From Obrimoposthia wandeli (taxonomy: Eukaryota): DNA of 64,000 nt. The notes beneath the pieces were generated by a model. The model was given only the letters and a program-made list of their open reading frames with translations, ran no database searches and was not told the DNA's origin. Where the stretch lies: NCBI GenBank assembly GCA_977020255.1, contig CDROCS010003176.1, positions 1 to 64,000 on the forward strand. Reading direction: 5' to 3'. Each line of letters opens with the position of its first letter. Positions within the stretch are counted from its first letter, which is position 1. Position numbers and translations under genes: made by a program. Positions 19,526-30,117 of the stretch are shown piece by piece.

Positions 19526-20821
19526 TTATTGCTGGGCTTGTATTTTCTCAATCACAGAGGCAAATAACTTTACGCCTGATAGCATGCGGCTTTCATCAAT
19601 GTCGAAATCACCATTGTGATGCCCTGCTGTTAAGTCAGACCCCACTAAACAATACACGGCCTTTCCGCCTTTAGATTGCACCCGATCAACCAGATAGCCA
19701 GCATCTTCACTTGCACCAAAATCTTTCTGACGTACAACATGAGTAAAGCCGCTATCGTAGCCAACACTCTCTAAGATATCGACCATTTCAGGATCATTAT
19801 GCAAGCCGATGGCTTCACCTTGTGCTTGTATCTCAACCTGCACGCCATGCATCATTGCTGATGCTTGAGCGATTTGCTCAACCTGCTGATACATGAAACT
19901 GTTCAATTCGCGATTTTCGCCACGAGTTTCACCTTTTAGCACTGCTCGCTCAGGTATTACATTGCGCCCTTCACCTGAAGTAAGTTGACCAATGTTTACA
20001 CGAGTCATTCCATCACGGTGACGAGGTATAGCTAACATCTGTGTGACTGATGTACAGGCAGCAGCGAGTGCATTACGCCCCACATTAGGTTCAATGCCTG
20101 CATGTGCTGGTTTACCTTTAAAATGTAAATCAAACTTAGAGCTACAAAGAAAATGCTGAGGATCACAAACTAATGTGCCACTTGGCACATTCATACCAAT
20201 ATGCGCAGCAAGAAAGTAATCAGCATCGTCTAACCAACCGCTTTCTGCAATTGCTTTACCTGCACGACAACCTTCTTCGGCGGGTTGAAAAAGTAATTTG
20301 ATTTTACCATTCAGTAATTCTATATTTTCAGCAAGCACTTCGGCCAAGCCTAATCCCATTGCCGCATGGGCATCATGACCACAAGCATGAGCGACACCGG
20401 GAGATAGAGAAGAAAAACCTAGAAAACAAGGTCGGTGGGAATCATTCTGGCTTTCCATTACTTCGACTGCATCAATATCGAAACGAAATACATATACAGG
20501 CCCTTCCCTACCAGTATCAAGCAGCGCACCAACACCGGTAATACCCTGCATTTTAGATATGGTATTCTCGTCGGTTCCCCAACTTAATGCGCGTTGTTGT
20601 TCTTTTGCTATCGTACTTTCATCACGCCCCATAATGGTATCGGATGCTATTATCTGGTCAGAAAAAAACAGTTCAAACCCTAAGTTTTCTAAATGACCTG
20701 CAATACGACTGGTTGTAAAAAACTCACACCATGCTGCTTCTGGATAGCGATGAAGCTCGCGACGGTAATTCATTAAACGCTGTGACAGCGCCTGCTCATC
20801 AAACGTTATTCTTTGTACCAA
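19526..20821 (-). CDS. M20 family amidohydrolase (AbgA-like)
   Basis: RRELHRYPE, RFDIDA, HACGHD, FQPAEEG, ASED, HHN metal-binding motifs; TTG start. Confidence 0.85.
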   Translation of the reverse strand: MVQRITFDEQALSQRLMNYRRELHRYPEAAWCEFFTTSRIAGHLENLGFELFFSDQIIASDTIMGRDESTIAKEQQRALSWGTDENTISKMQGITGVGALLDTGREGPVYVFRFDIDAVEVMESQNDSHRPCFLGFSSLSPGVAHACGHDAHAAMGLGLAEVLAENIELLNGKIKLLFQPAEEGCRAGKAIAESGWLDDADYFLAAHIGMNVPSGTLVCDPQHFLCSSKFDLHFKGKPAHAGIEPNVGRNALAAACTSVTQMLAIPRHRDGMTRVNIGQLTSGEGRNVIPERAVLKGETRGENRELNSFMYQQVEQIAQASAMMHGVQVEIQAQGEAIGLHNDPEMVDILESVGYDSGFTHVVRQKDFGASEDAGYLVDRVQSKGGKAVYCLVGSDLTAGHHNGDFDIDESRMLSGVKLFASVIEKIQAQQ

Positions 20822-20855
20822 AACATCATCCTATTACTTCTTATGGCAAACAAGA

Positions 20856-21947
20856 TTAGTACCCTGTTAACTCCATAAATCCTTGTCCAGAATGGCTACC
20901 TACAACCTTGATAGGCCCTTCCCAATATGGAAAGACGAAAGGTAACCACTGTTCCTTTCGGACAGCTTCCACTTTTAATTTTAAATCTTGTGATCTCACA
21001 TCTAAACGCCAATCCAGCGGAATACTCTTCCCTTCAACTGACGTATATATTATAGGGGTTAATCGAATATCGCTTGTGCCTAACTGCACCACTCGTCCAT
21101 CAGGCCAACTACGTGAACCAAAATAAAACGGCAAGGCGTTTTTCTCTCTTACTTGAGAAATCATTAAAGCACTACCATCGTCAAGGTGTATAGAGAACCA
21201 ATCCCACCCTTGTTGGCTTTTGGACAGCATACTACTGCTCCATTCGCGATCGTACCAGCCTTTGCCTGTCACATTATATTGAGTGCCATCGAGTGTAATG
21301 CTGCCGTTGATACTTAGAAATGGTGCACTGTAATAGTAAGAGGCCATATCATCAGTCGCATGTTTTTTGCTGTAGCCGTCTTCACCTTGCAAAATGATTG
21401 AACCGACATTGTTAATATCCAACTGCGCAAACATGTCATCATCTTCAAATTCTAATGAGCCAGGAAATGGACCTTGAGTGAATGAACGCCACGACCAGTT
21501 ATCTAACCATGCACGATAAGGCTGTTGCATTACCCCTGCTTGACCTATGCCACCACGAGAAAAACGCTCGGCTTTCCACACTTTTTCATCAGTCGTTATA
21601 ACAGCATGCGCCATGTAAATTTGAGGATTTTCCCAACCAATCGCTTTACTTTGCTCTAACCCTGTAGCAATACGAAACAGGGTCCATTGAACGGCTATTT
21701 GCTTACCGGTATCGGTTTCAAGATTGGCGGTTAAGTACCACCACTCTGACTTAAATGATGGGTGACTATTATGATCTCGAGGAAAGCTGAGTTCATACCC
21801 TTTAACAACAGGTTGATATTCATTGATATTAGATTGCTTTAATATCTCTGTTGTACTTGAAGGTGACTCACTTTGCTCACAGCCAACTAACGGTAAGATC
21901 AACAATAATATTACCCAGAAAAAATGTTTAATATTCTGCGTAAACAT
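20856..21947 (-). CDS. AttH/CrtC-like lipocalin-fold lipoprotein
   Basis: Lipobox LVGC; FPRDHNSHP..EWWYLTANL, WYDREWSS, GWDWFS, YWEGP. Confidence 0.85.
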   Translation of the reverse strand: MFTQNIKHFFWVILLLILPLVGCEQSESPSSTTEILKQSNINEYQPVVKGYELSFPRDHNSHPSFKSEWWYLTANLETDTGKQIAVQWTLFRIATGLEQSKAIGWENPQIYMAHAVITTDEKVWKAERFSRGGIGQAGVMQQPYRAWLDNWSWRSFTQGPFPGSLEFEDDDMFAQLDINNVGSIILQGEDGYSKKHATDDMASYYYSAPFLSINGSITLDGTQYNVTGKGWYDREWSSSMLSKSQQGWDWFSIHLDDGSALMISQVREKNALPFYFGSRSWPDGRVVQLGTSDIRLTPIIYTSVEGKSIPLDWRLDVRSQDLKLKVEAVRKEQWLPFVFPYWEGPIKVVGSHSGQGFMELTGY

Positions 21948-24406
21948 TAGAATGCCTCTCGTAATGATAAAATAGCTGAACGTTTAACCAATCGCCATAC
22001 AGGCCATGCTCCGGCACACAGCAATACAAACAATGCTGTGCCTAAAGATATTAAATACTGACTCGGGAAGAAACTGATTGGCATTGTCCAACCAAATGAA
22101 TATTTCAATACAACATCAATCAATAGCTGCGCTAATACCAACCCTAATGGTAATGCCATTAACGCGGATAATAACCCAATAATCAACAGTTGACCGCCAC
22201 CAAGAGCGGCTAACTCTCGCCCTGTCATGCCCATGCAACGCAATAATGCAAACTGCCTTTGTCGTGACACTTCACCCGCGATGGTCGCAACAAATAGTCC
22301 ACATACGGCAATGAATAACGTCAATTTACCCAAGGTTTCTGTCACAATAAAGGTGCGGTCAAAAACACGCATTGCCTGATTCAATAAATTAGCATTATCA
22401 CTGATTCTTTCAGGCTGCAGGCGAAATCGCTCCCCCATTCTGGCCATCAAATCTGCACTGTCGCTATTATCATTAATGTGAACAGCTAACCCCACCTGAC
22501 CATCTTGAGGCCATAACGCTTGCCATGTGGGTTGAGAAATTAAGACCTGACCATATGGGTTACCATAATCATAATACACCCCTGTTATTAACCAGTTTTT
22601 CAGCATAGGTGCAGGCAAATCAATAATATCACCGGGATGCCAATCATTTTTAATCGCAAGCGATTCACTCACCATTACAGCGCGTTCAGTATGCAATTTT
22701 TCCCAATAATTTGGCTCTACCACTTTAATCGATAAGGCTTTCTTTTCACCTTTAGTTGAACCCACACTCATGCCCTGTAAAGTGCCAGCATCGGTTTGCA
22801 TTTCTTTACGCCATTGCCACCATACTTGATCAACTTCAGGTTGCTCTGCTAACCACTTAGACATACGAGGCGCAACATTTGTTGGTGGGCGTACATAAAT
22901 GTCAGCAGCTAATCGCTGGTTTAGCCATGTTTCTGTTGTGGTGCGGAAACTGCCTACCATGGTTTCCATACCAATATTGGAAGATAGAGCCAGCATAAAT
23001 GCCATTGCCGCAACGCCACGATAGCTCAGGCTTGCTGCTGCATCTGAAAAGAACCAACGTAATCGAGCGTCTTTGAAAACTCGCCCTAGCCCTTGAAATA
23101 ACTGCCATAACAGAAATGGCATCATTAATCCTGAGGCAATCAAAATGAAAGCAATAAGCACAAATCCAGCTAACTGGCCATGCGGTAACTGATAAACGGC
23201 AAAAGCAGCACCAATAAACACACAAGAGAATAAAGCTTGTAAGGCGAACTCTCGTCCAGTGATACGAACAAGTGCCATATGAGTCGCTAAACGTGCCGGC
23301 GGTGTATTGATCAAACGCAACATTGGCCAGCCGCAGGCTAGTAAACTGCCAAATACAGCAATGGCAACACTCGCTAAGCCCCACTTCCAATGCCAATCAA
23401 TCGACATATTCACATTGGCGCTATAGAGATCATTTAACGTCGCGGCAACCGAAGGAAGTAACTGTTGAGCAAGTAACAACCCCAAAAGATTTCCGCCAAT
23501 TAATCCCAGAATAATCCAAACGATAAGCTCAATGATCAATGCACCAGCCAGTTGAAATCCAGAAACACCGGCTTGTCGTAGTAGCCCAACTAAGGGTTGA
23601 CGCTGCGTTAACGATAACGACATAGCTTGATAAAAAATGAATAAACCGATCACAAACGATAGCATGCCCATAGCGAACAAATTCAGGTGAAATGCTTCGG
23701 TTAATGGCTCTAACTTTTCACTTTGATGACGATCTAGTGTTAAACCAGGCGGTAAAATTTTATTTAATTTCGCTAATGCTTTTGGTGACATTTCACCACA
23801 AGCAATCATTGAAAAACCAGCACTTGGTTGTAGTTCTCGAATCAGTGCCATATCAGCAATCATTCGTGGCCCACCCACGCGCTCATCGCTTACAACATGT
23901 AATGGCCCGATCTTGCGCCCTGAATCTAATGTCAGTTTATCGCCCTCTTGTACCCCTATGTAATTGGCTAACTGAGTGCCTATCATGATTGGGTAAGGCG
24001 GTTTCATTATATCCATTAACTGACTTTGATCTTGTACGGTTGTATGACCTTTAACTAGCGGGAACATGGCAATTGGATCAATGCCTATGATTTCAAAATC
24101 ACGCGCTTGGTCTGTAACAATACGGTGTTGTTCTATGGGCATGCAGGTTTTTAAACCCACGCGTCGCATTTGAATATAAAAGCCTTGAGGTACTTTAAGT
24201 CCCGTTTGACTATTTCGAATACGATAAGGGAAAGGGTTTGCAAAGAGCTGTTCGCCTTGCTGGTAGCTTTCTTTCGCTTGCTGATTCACGGCCATTACAC
24301 CGACAAGCAGTGCAATACCCAGCGTTAAACCTAACCAAACAAGTAATATTTGAAATGGATGGCGTTTATAGTGCCCCCATAGTGCTTTAGCTACGGGGCT
24401 TGACAT
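21947..24406 (-). CDS. ABC transporter permease (FtsX/MacB-like, AttF/G-type)
   Basis: Two FtsX-like TM clusters; start moved to the ATG at 24406 (MSSPV), which overlaps the ATPase 3' end. Confidence 0.85.
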   Translation of the reverse strand: MSSPVAKALWGHYKRHPFQILLVWLGLTLGIALLVGVMAVNQQAKESYQQGEQLFANPFPYRIRNSQTGLKVPQGFYIQMRRVGLKTCMPIEQHRIVTDQARDFEIIGIDPIAMFPLVKGHTTVQDQSQLMDIMKPPYPIMIGTQLANYIGVQEGDKLTLDSGRKIGPLHVVSDERVGGPRMIADMALIRELQPSAGFSMIACGEMSPKALAKLNKILPPGLTLDRHQSEKLEPLTEAFHLNLFAMGMLSFVIGLFIFYQAMSLSLTQRQPLVGLLRQAGVSGFQLAGALIIELIVWIILGLIGGNLLGLLLAQQLLPSVAATLNDLYSANVNMSIDWHWKWGLASVAIAVFGSLLACGWPMLRLINTPPARLATHMALVRITGREFALQALFSCVFIGAAFAVYQLPHGQLAGFVLIAFILIASGLMMPFLLWQLFQGLGRVFKDARLRWFFSDAAASLSYRGVAAMAFMLALSSNIGMETMVGSFRTTTETWLNQRLAADIYVRPPTNVAPRMSKWLAEQPEVDQVWWQWRKEMQTDAGTLQGMSVGSTKGEKKALSIKVVEPNYWEKLHTERAVMVSESLAIKNDWHPGDIIDLPAPMLKNWLITGVYYDYGNPYGQVLISQPTWQALWPQDGQVGLAVHINDNSDSADLMARMGERFRLQPERISDNANLLNQAMRVFDRTFIVTETLGKLTLFIAVCGLFVATIAGEVSRQRQFALLRCMGMTGRELAALGGGQLLIIGLLSALMALPLGLVLAQLLIDVVLKYSFGWTMPISFFPSQYLISLGTALFVLLCAGAWPVWRLVKRSAILSLREAF

Positions 24407-25058
24407 GTAAGCGTCCTCCTTGAAGACGAATACAACCATTCATATGAGAAGCAACCTGCTCACTGTGCGTTACCATCAGTAAAGTACAATCGAGCTTTTT
24501 CGTTAAATTGATAAGCAAACGAATAACCGCACTGGCATTACGTTCATCTAAGCTACCTGTTGGTTCATCAGCTAATAAGATGGTCGGTTCCATGTACAAT
24601 GCGCGGGCAATTGCCGCTCGCTGCTGTTGACCACCCGACATTTCTTCAGGGTAGCGGCCAAGCAAGGGCATAAGATCTAACGCTGAAATGATTTGACGCC
24701 ACAATTCAGGCTTTTCTGGTAATTTTTTAAGTTGGCGACAAAAACGAATATTGTCGGCAATGGTCAAGGTCGGTAATAAATTGAATTGTTGAAAAACGAG
24801 CCCGATATTATGTCGACGGAATGCAGTACGTTCACGTTCTGAAATAGAATGAATAGGTACTTTACCCATCCATATTTCACCCGAATCAGCAGAGTCTAAC
24901 CCTGCAATTAGGTTTAATAATGTACTTTTACCAGAACCACTTTCGCCCATTAGCGCAAGTTGTTCTCCTTGTTTAAGATCAAGCTCTGCACCCTGTAAAA
25001 CAGAATGATGTTCACCGCCATCCTGATAACCTTTACAGAGTTTCACAAGTCGTAACAT
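24387..25058 (-). CDS. ABC transporter ATP-binding protein (LolD/AttE-like)
   Basis: Walker A GESGSGKST, signature MSGGQQQR, Walker B LLADEPTGSLD. Confidence 0.92.
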   Translation of the reverse strand: MLRLVKLCKGYQDGGEHHSVLQGAELDLKQGEQLALMGESGSGKSTLLNLIAGLDSADSGEIWMGKVPIHSISERERTAFRRHNIGLVFQQFNLLPTLTIADNIRFCRQLKKLPEKPELWRQIISALDLMPLLGRYPEEMSGGQQQRAAIARALYMEPTILLADEPTGSLDERNASAVIRLLINLTKKLDCTLLMVTHSEQVASHMNGCIRLQGGRLHVKPRS

Positions 25059-25342
25059 CAACACTCACCAAAATAAAATATACCCGAAGGTGAAACGTAA
25101 TGAAATTTACAGTAAAGCCAGACAACGAGAAAGGCTTTTGCGTGTTATCGTCATAAATAAATGTAATACGTTACATTTTCGCTTTAAATAAAACGAATAA
25201 ACTACACTGAGCCAACATATTCTTTATTAAATATTCCACTTCTCGCTATCTTGTATAAATAGCGACTACAATATGCAACTGCCCACATAATCATCAATAA
25301 CTGAACATTCAGCTCTGAATCAACGCTTACTGACGACTTTCT

Positions 25343-26710
25343 TTAAGCCACCAAATTATTCATCCATGCTTTAGATCTCACTCTAATTGTAGAGCCAAAC
25401 CATTTTATAACTTCTTCAAGTGCAAGTAATGCGTAAATCCATTCAAGTGGTAACTTCAACACGAGTGCGCAAAATGCTGTTATAGGAATGCCTATAGCCC
25501 ACTGTGCGATCAGATCTTGATACAAGCAAAAACGAATATCTCCCCCCGCACGAAGCACTCCCACAATCATTGTCATCGGTATACTTTTCAATACGATAGA
25601 AACAGCTAAAATCACAAAGAAATGCTCTGCCAGCTCTCTTGTCTCACTCGAAATAGCAGAAAAAAGATCCAAAATTGAATCTTGGATCAATAGCATACCA
25701 ATGGCGAGAATGATGCTACAAAGAAGATTAAATATCGAAACGGCCCATGCTTGTTGATAGGCTTCTTCCATGTTGTTTGCACCAAGCTGATTACCAATCA
25801 GAACCGCTGATGCATTAGAAATACCAATTAACATCGCAAGTGATAAAGACTCTATGGGTGTCATTATCGATAAAGCCGCTAAGCCTTCAACACCAGCTTG
25901 ACCAATTATCGCGTGGTAAACAAAAATACCCGAAGCCCATGCTAAATGGTTAAACGTCGTGGGTAACGATAAGCTTAAAAAGCGTTTAACCCGCTGCCAC
26001 TCACAGACTGCAATCAAGGTTTTAGTCGTAAATGCGAGAAGGTGTTTACGCGAGTATAAATAGGTATAAAGTAAGGTAACTTCAACAAGGCCACTGATTA
26101 ATGTTGCCCATGCTGCGCCAACAATCCCCATTTCAGGAAAACCAATTTTCCCGAATATTAGCACCCAGTTAAGGAAAATATTTATACCAATACCAATAGC
26201 GCTAAAGAAGGTACTCACACCAGGCTGGTGCATCGCACGCAACCCTACCGCCATACTGATAACCCACGCCATAGCAAACATACTAAACGACGTAATCGCG
26301 AGATATTTTGCCCCTAGTGCAATAACGTCTGGCGATTGAGTGGCTAATCCGACCACTTTTTCAGGTATCCAGAAGAATACACAGCCTAAAATCATTGCCG
26401 TTATTGTACTCATTACCCAGGTTAACGCTGTGCCTTGCTTTACCCCTTCTTTGTTTCCTGCTCCCCAGTATTGCGCGGTAAGTAATGCACCACCAGTGCT
26501 AACACCAAACAACATAATCACCGCGACAAATAACGCTTTGCCTGCAATACCCATTGCTGCGACTTCAAACTCACCAAGCTGCCCTAGCATCAAAATATCA
26601 ACAAGGCTTCTGCTCGAAAACAGCATTGACTGCAAAGCAATAGGCAATGCGATAAGTAACAAGCGGCGTAAAAAGTCACCACGTAAATGCGATAATGCCA
26701 GTGAAAGCAT
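25343..26710 (-). CDS. MATE family efflux transporter
   Basis: 12-TM protein, IALPIALQSML..VDILMLGQLG, GVLRAGGD. Confidence 0.9.
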   Translation of the reverse strand: MLSLALSHLRGDFLRRLLLIALPIALQSMLFSSRSLVDILMLGQLGEFEVAAMGIAGKALFVAVIMLFGVSTGGALLTAQYWGAGNKEGVKQGTALTWVMSTITAMILGCVFFWIPEKVVGLATQSPDVIALGAKYLAITSFSMFAMAWVISMAVGLRAMHQPGVSTFFSAIGIGINIFLNWVLIFGKIGFPEMGIVGAAWATLISGLVEVTLLYTYLYSRKHLLAFTTKTLIAVCEWQRVKRFLSLSLPTTFNHLAWASGIFVYHAIIGQAGVEGLAALSIMTPIESLSLAMLIGISNASAVLIGNQLGANNMEEAYQQAWAVSIFNLLCSIILAIGMLLIQDSILDLFSAISSETRELAEHFFVILAVSIVLKSIPMTMIVGVLRAGGDIRFCLYQDLIAQWAIGIPITAFCALVLKLPLEWIYALLALEEVIKWFGSTIRVRSKAWMNNLVA

Positions 26711-26936
26711 GCGGGCCTCGACAAGAAGTAAATCACCTTCTTAATGATTCAGTGATCAATAAGACGTGCGAAATGAAAGACAGAGCAGATATTATCCGCT
26801 ACAGTTTGAATAGCTATGATTTTTAACAACTAAATGTACTTATATTCAAATATTAAGTACATAACCGCGTATATCACAAAAATAATTTAATCTCATTTCC
26901 TTACACCAACCGCTGCAAGCAAGGAGCATGCATTAC

Positions 26937-28397
26937 ATGATTAAAACAATTCTGGTTGTCGGGGCATCAGGTTATGTTGGCAGTCACCTAGTACCAGAAC
27001 TCGTGAATAGCGGTTATAAGGTAAAGGCTACAGGACGCAGCTTAAAATTACTGAAAAAACGAGGCTGGGGTGAGATCCCCAACATTGAGCTTCATGAGCT
27101 TGATTTAAGTAAAGATACAGACCTCAAACCACTTCTTGAGGGCGTTGATGCTGTATTCTTTCTTGTTCATGGTATGAACCATGGGCATGATTTTATCAAT
27201 GTTGAATTGGGGGCTGCTCGGCACTTTAGCCAAGGGTTAAAGCTCAGTAATGTAAAGCGCGTTATCTACCTTGGTGCGCTTCAATCTGACTCGAGTGATT
27301 CTAAACATTTAGTTGCACGTAAAGCGACCGGTGAAATCTTGCGTGAAAGCGCTATTCCAGTTACTGAATTACGTGCGGGTATCATTATTGGCCCTGGCTC
27401 TGCGGCATTTGAAGTGATGCGAGATTTCGTTTACCACTTGCCGATAATGCTAACACCTAAATGGGTAAAATCACGTAACTCCCCTATTGCTTTACACAAT
27501 TTACTCCACTACTTATTAGAGCTGCTTAAATTTGAACCCACTCGACATCAAATTATGGATGTTGCAGGACCAGAACCATTAACCTATGAAGATCAAATGC
27601 GTTCATTGGGCAAGTTAATGGGGAAAAAAATTCGCGTTGTTCCACTCAGTTTTCTCACTCCCACAATGGCTGCTTACTGGCTAAAAATCATCACCTCTGT
27701 ACCCACCAATATCGCCAAAGCATTAATCGGTGGATTACGTTTTGATTTACAAGCCGATGGTACAGCGATTCAATCTTTAATTCCTCAGCATCTATTGCCC
27801 TATGATGAAGCAGTTAAAGAGGCACTTCGACAAGAAACTGAAGTGGTTCGCAGTGAAATTTGGGGATTTGACCCCGATGCCCTTGCTCGTTGGCAGACGG
27901 GTTACGGCTATTATCCCAAGCAAGCGGGATATACATTAAAAACCGATGCAAGTGCAGAAGATCTGTGGCGTCAAGTTCAATTAGTGGGTGGAAAAGAAGG
28001 GTATTTTTTCGCCAACAGTTTATGGCGAATTAGAGAGTGGATGGATTTTGCCATTGGAGGGAATGCATTAAAGCGTTATCGACGTGACCCGAATACCTTA
28101 GAACAAGGCGATAAGATTGACTCATGGAAAGTCATTAATATTGTGCCTAATGAATTTCTGTCGTTATTGTTTGGCATGAAAGCCCCTGGCCTTGGACGAC
28201 TTGAATTTACCATTGAAGATAAGGGCGATTATAGAGAAATTGATATTCGCGCTTGGTGGCACCCTGAGGGGTTTTCTGGCTTGCTGTATTGGTTCGCCAT
28301 GATGCCTGCTCACCTGTTTATCTTCAGAGGCATGACTCGTGCGCTTGTGAAGCGCTGTAAAGCAAAGGCTCAATCAGGTAGTCATGAAACGATTTAA
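26937..28397 (+). CDS. Atypical SDR with DUF2867 (YbjT-like)
   Basis: Rossmann GASGYVG, C-terminal LLFGMKAPGLGRLEF..AWWHP.GFSGLLYW; AAGGAG RBS fits the ATG at 26937. Confidence 0.85.
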   Translation: MIKTILVVGASGYVGSHLVPELVNSGYKVKATGRSLKLLKKRGWGEIPNIELHELDLSKDTDLKPLLEGVDAVFFLVHGMNHGHDFINVELGAARHFSQGLKLSNVKRVIYLGALQSDSSDSKHLVARKATGEILRESAIPVTELRAGIIIGPGSAAFEVMRDFVYHLPIMLTPKWVKSRNSPIALHNLLHYLLELLKFEPTRHQIMDVAGPEPLTYEDQMRSLGKLMGKKIRVVPLSFLTPTMAAYWLKIITSVPTNIAKALIGGLRFDLQADGTAIQSLIPQHLLPYDEAVKEALRQETEVVRSEIWGFDPDALARWQTGYGYYPKQAGYTLKTDASAEDLWRQVQLVGGKEGYFFANSLWRIREWMDFAIGGNALKRYRRDPNTLEQGDKIDSWKVINIVPNEFLSLLFGMKAPGLGRLEFTIEDKGDYREIDIRAWWHPEGFSGLLYWFAMMPAHLFIFRGMTRALVKRCKAKAQSGSHETI

Positions 28398-28415
28398 CTA
28401 ATAAATAACAGGTAT

Positions 28416-28446
28416 AAAAAAAGAGGCGAATCTATCGCCTCTTTTT
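28416..28446. terminator. Bidirectional intrinsic terminator
   Basis: A7-GAGGCGA-atcta-TCGCCTC-TTTT between convergent genes. Confidence 0.85.
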
Positions 28447-28491
28447 CTTCACGCTTTATCAATACCATTGAAGGAATCGATATGTGACCGA

Positions 28492-30084
28492 TTATGCAGC
28501 TTGTAATGCTTTATCAGCAATACGTGCATTCTGCATCTTGGTCATTTTAATCGCAGCTATAGGACCGGTTATCAAGGTCGCAGCGATGATAAAGGACACT
28601 GGCACTGCTGTAATCACAATGAAGGATTGCAACGCATTTAAGCCACCATCACCAGCAAGTAACAACACTGCTGCTACTGCACCCATAATAACAGCCCAGA
28701 ATATACGCTGCTTACGGTCCGGTTCATTATCACCAGACACAACCATTGCGATAGAATACGCCATAGAATCGCCCGTAGTCACAACAAACGTTGTGGTCAA
28801 TACCAAGAATGCTGGCAACAAAATGCCACTTAATGGTAATTGCTGAAGCGAAGCCAACAGTACAGCAGGTAAACCAGCATCGTTTAGTGGACCAGAAATG
28901 ATTCCGGGAGTTTGTAACTCAAGGAAGATACCTGTACCACCCAATACGGTAAACCAGAAATTAGTTACAATCGGTGCGCCAACAGCAACAGCCAATACTA
29001 ACTCACGAATACTACGACCTTCTGAAATACGCGCAATAAAGATTGCCATCATAGGTGCGAAACCAATGAACCAGCCCCAGAAGAACCATGTCCACCATAC
29101 ATTCCAACCTGGTGTGCTGTTAGTCAAACTCATCGTTGGCATGTGCTGTAAGTAACCAGCAAACGCGTTACCAAACTGTTCAAAAATAAACTGTGTTGGA
29201 CCTAAAATAAGAATAGCCAATAACAAGGCAAACGCGCCAATCACATTCATACGGCTAAGCCACTGTAAACCTTTATCCATACCGGATGCAGCAGATATGG
29301 CGCAGATTGAAACAACAGCCGCTAAGATCATTAACTGAGTACTACTGTCATTTTTAATGCCAGTTAGCACCTCTAAGCTATAACCCATTTGTGATGCTAA
29401 GAAGCCAATTGGACCAATCGTACCTGCTGCTACTGCAATAATAGAACATGCATCAATAACAGCACCAAACCAATGGTTTTCAAGGCGATCACCCACTAAT
29501 GGGAACAACAATGCACGTGGACGCAGTTTAATACCATGGTTATGGTGTGCATACATCAATACGATCGTTGCTAATGTGCCCAGTACAGACCACGCTAGAA
29601 AGCCCCAGTGTAAAAAGCTTTGGCTTAATGCGGGTACAACAGCTTCAGCTGTAGAACCAACGATACCAGGGTAGCTTGGTGACGGTGTAATGAAGTGATA
29701 AATCGGTTCGGCCGCAGACCAGAAAACGCCACCACCTGCTAATAACGTACACATGATCATCGCTAACCAGCGAAATGTACCAATGGTAGGTTTGGTTTCG
29801 ACACCCATACGGGTTTTTCCGTAACGGCTTACTGCGATGCATAGCGCAATGGCAAAGTTAGCAACCATTAGCCACTGCCACCAGAAGCCAAATTGTTCGG
29901 CTGCTGCTGAGAATAATTCTTGGATCAAGAGTGTAAAACGAGGAAGATCAATAAGGGCAGCCAATAAGAAAAGGCTGATAAAGCCAATCGTTAGTACTGG
30001 AACGAGTTTTCCGTCAATACGACGCTTTGTTGTACTTGATGTTGCTGTATTATCTTTGCCAATCTGGCATGCATTGCTTTGCAT
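28492..30084 (-). CDS. BCCT family betaine/carnitine/choline transporter
   Basis: GGVFWSAAEPIYHF, FLHWGFLAW, WTWFFWGWFIGFAPMM.FIARIS.GRSIRE. Confidence 0.92.
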   Translation of the reverse strand: MQSNACQIGKDNTATSSTTKRRIDGKLVPVLTIGFISLFLLAALIDLPRFTLLIQELFSAAAEQFGFWWQWLMVANFAIALCIAVSRYGKTRMGVETKPTIGTFRWLAMIMCTLLAGGGVFWSAAEPIYHFITPSPSYPGIVGSTAEAVVPALSQSFLHWGFLAWSVLGTLATIVLMYAHHNHGIKLRPRALLFPLVGDRLENHWFGAVIDACSIIAVAAGTIGPIGFLASQMGYSLEVLTGIKNDSSTQLMILAAVVSICAISAASGMDKGLQWLSRMNVIGAFALLLAILILGPTQFIFEQFGNAFAGYLQHMPTMSLTNSTPGWNVWWTWFFWGWFIGFAPMMAIFIARISEGRSIRELVLAVAVGAPIVTNFWFTVLGGTGIFLELQTPGIISGPLNDAGLPAVLLASLQQLPLSGILLPAFLVLTTTFVVTTGDSMAYSIAMVVSGDNEPDRKQRIFWAVIMGAVAAVLLLAGDGGLNALQSFIVITAVPVSFIIAATLITGPIAAIKMTKMQNARIADKALQAA

Positions 30085-30101
30085 AAAATACTCACGGTGT
30101 G

Positions 30102-30117
30102 TGTGAGGGGCGTCACA
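30102..30117. promoter_or_regulatory. Putative CRP site
   Basis: TGTGA-GGGGCG-TCACA perfect core, 18-33 bp upstream of the BCCT start. Confidence 0.5.
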
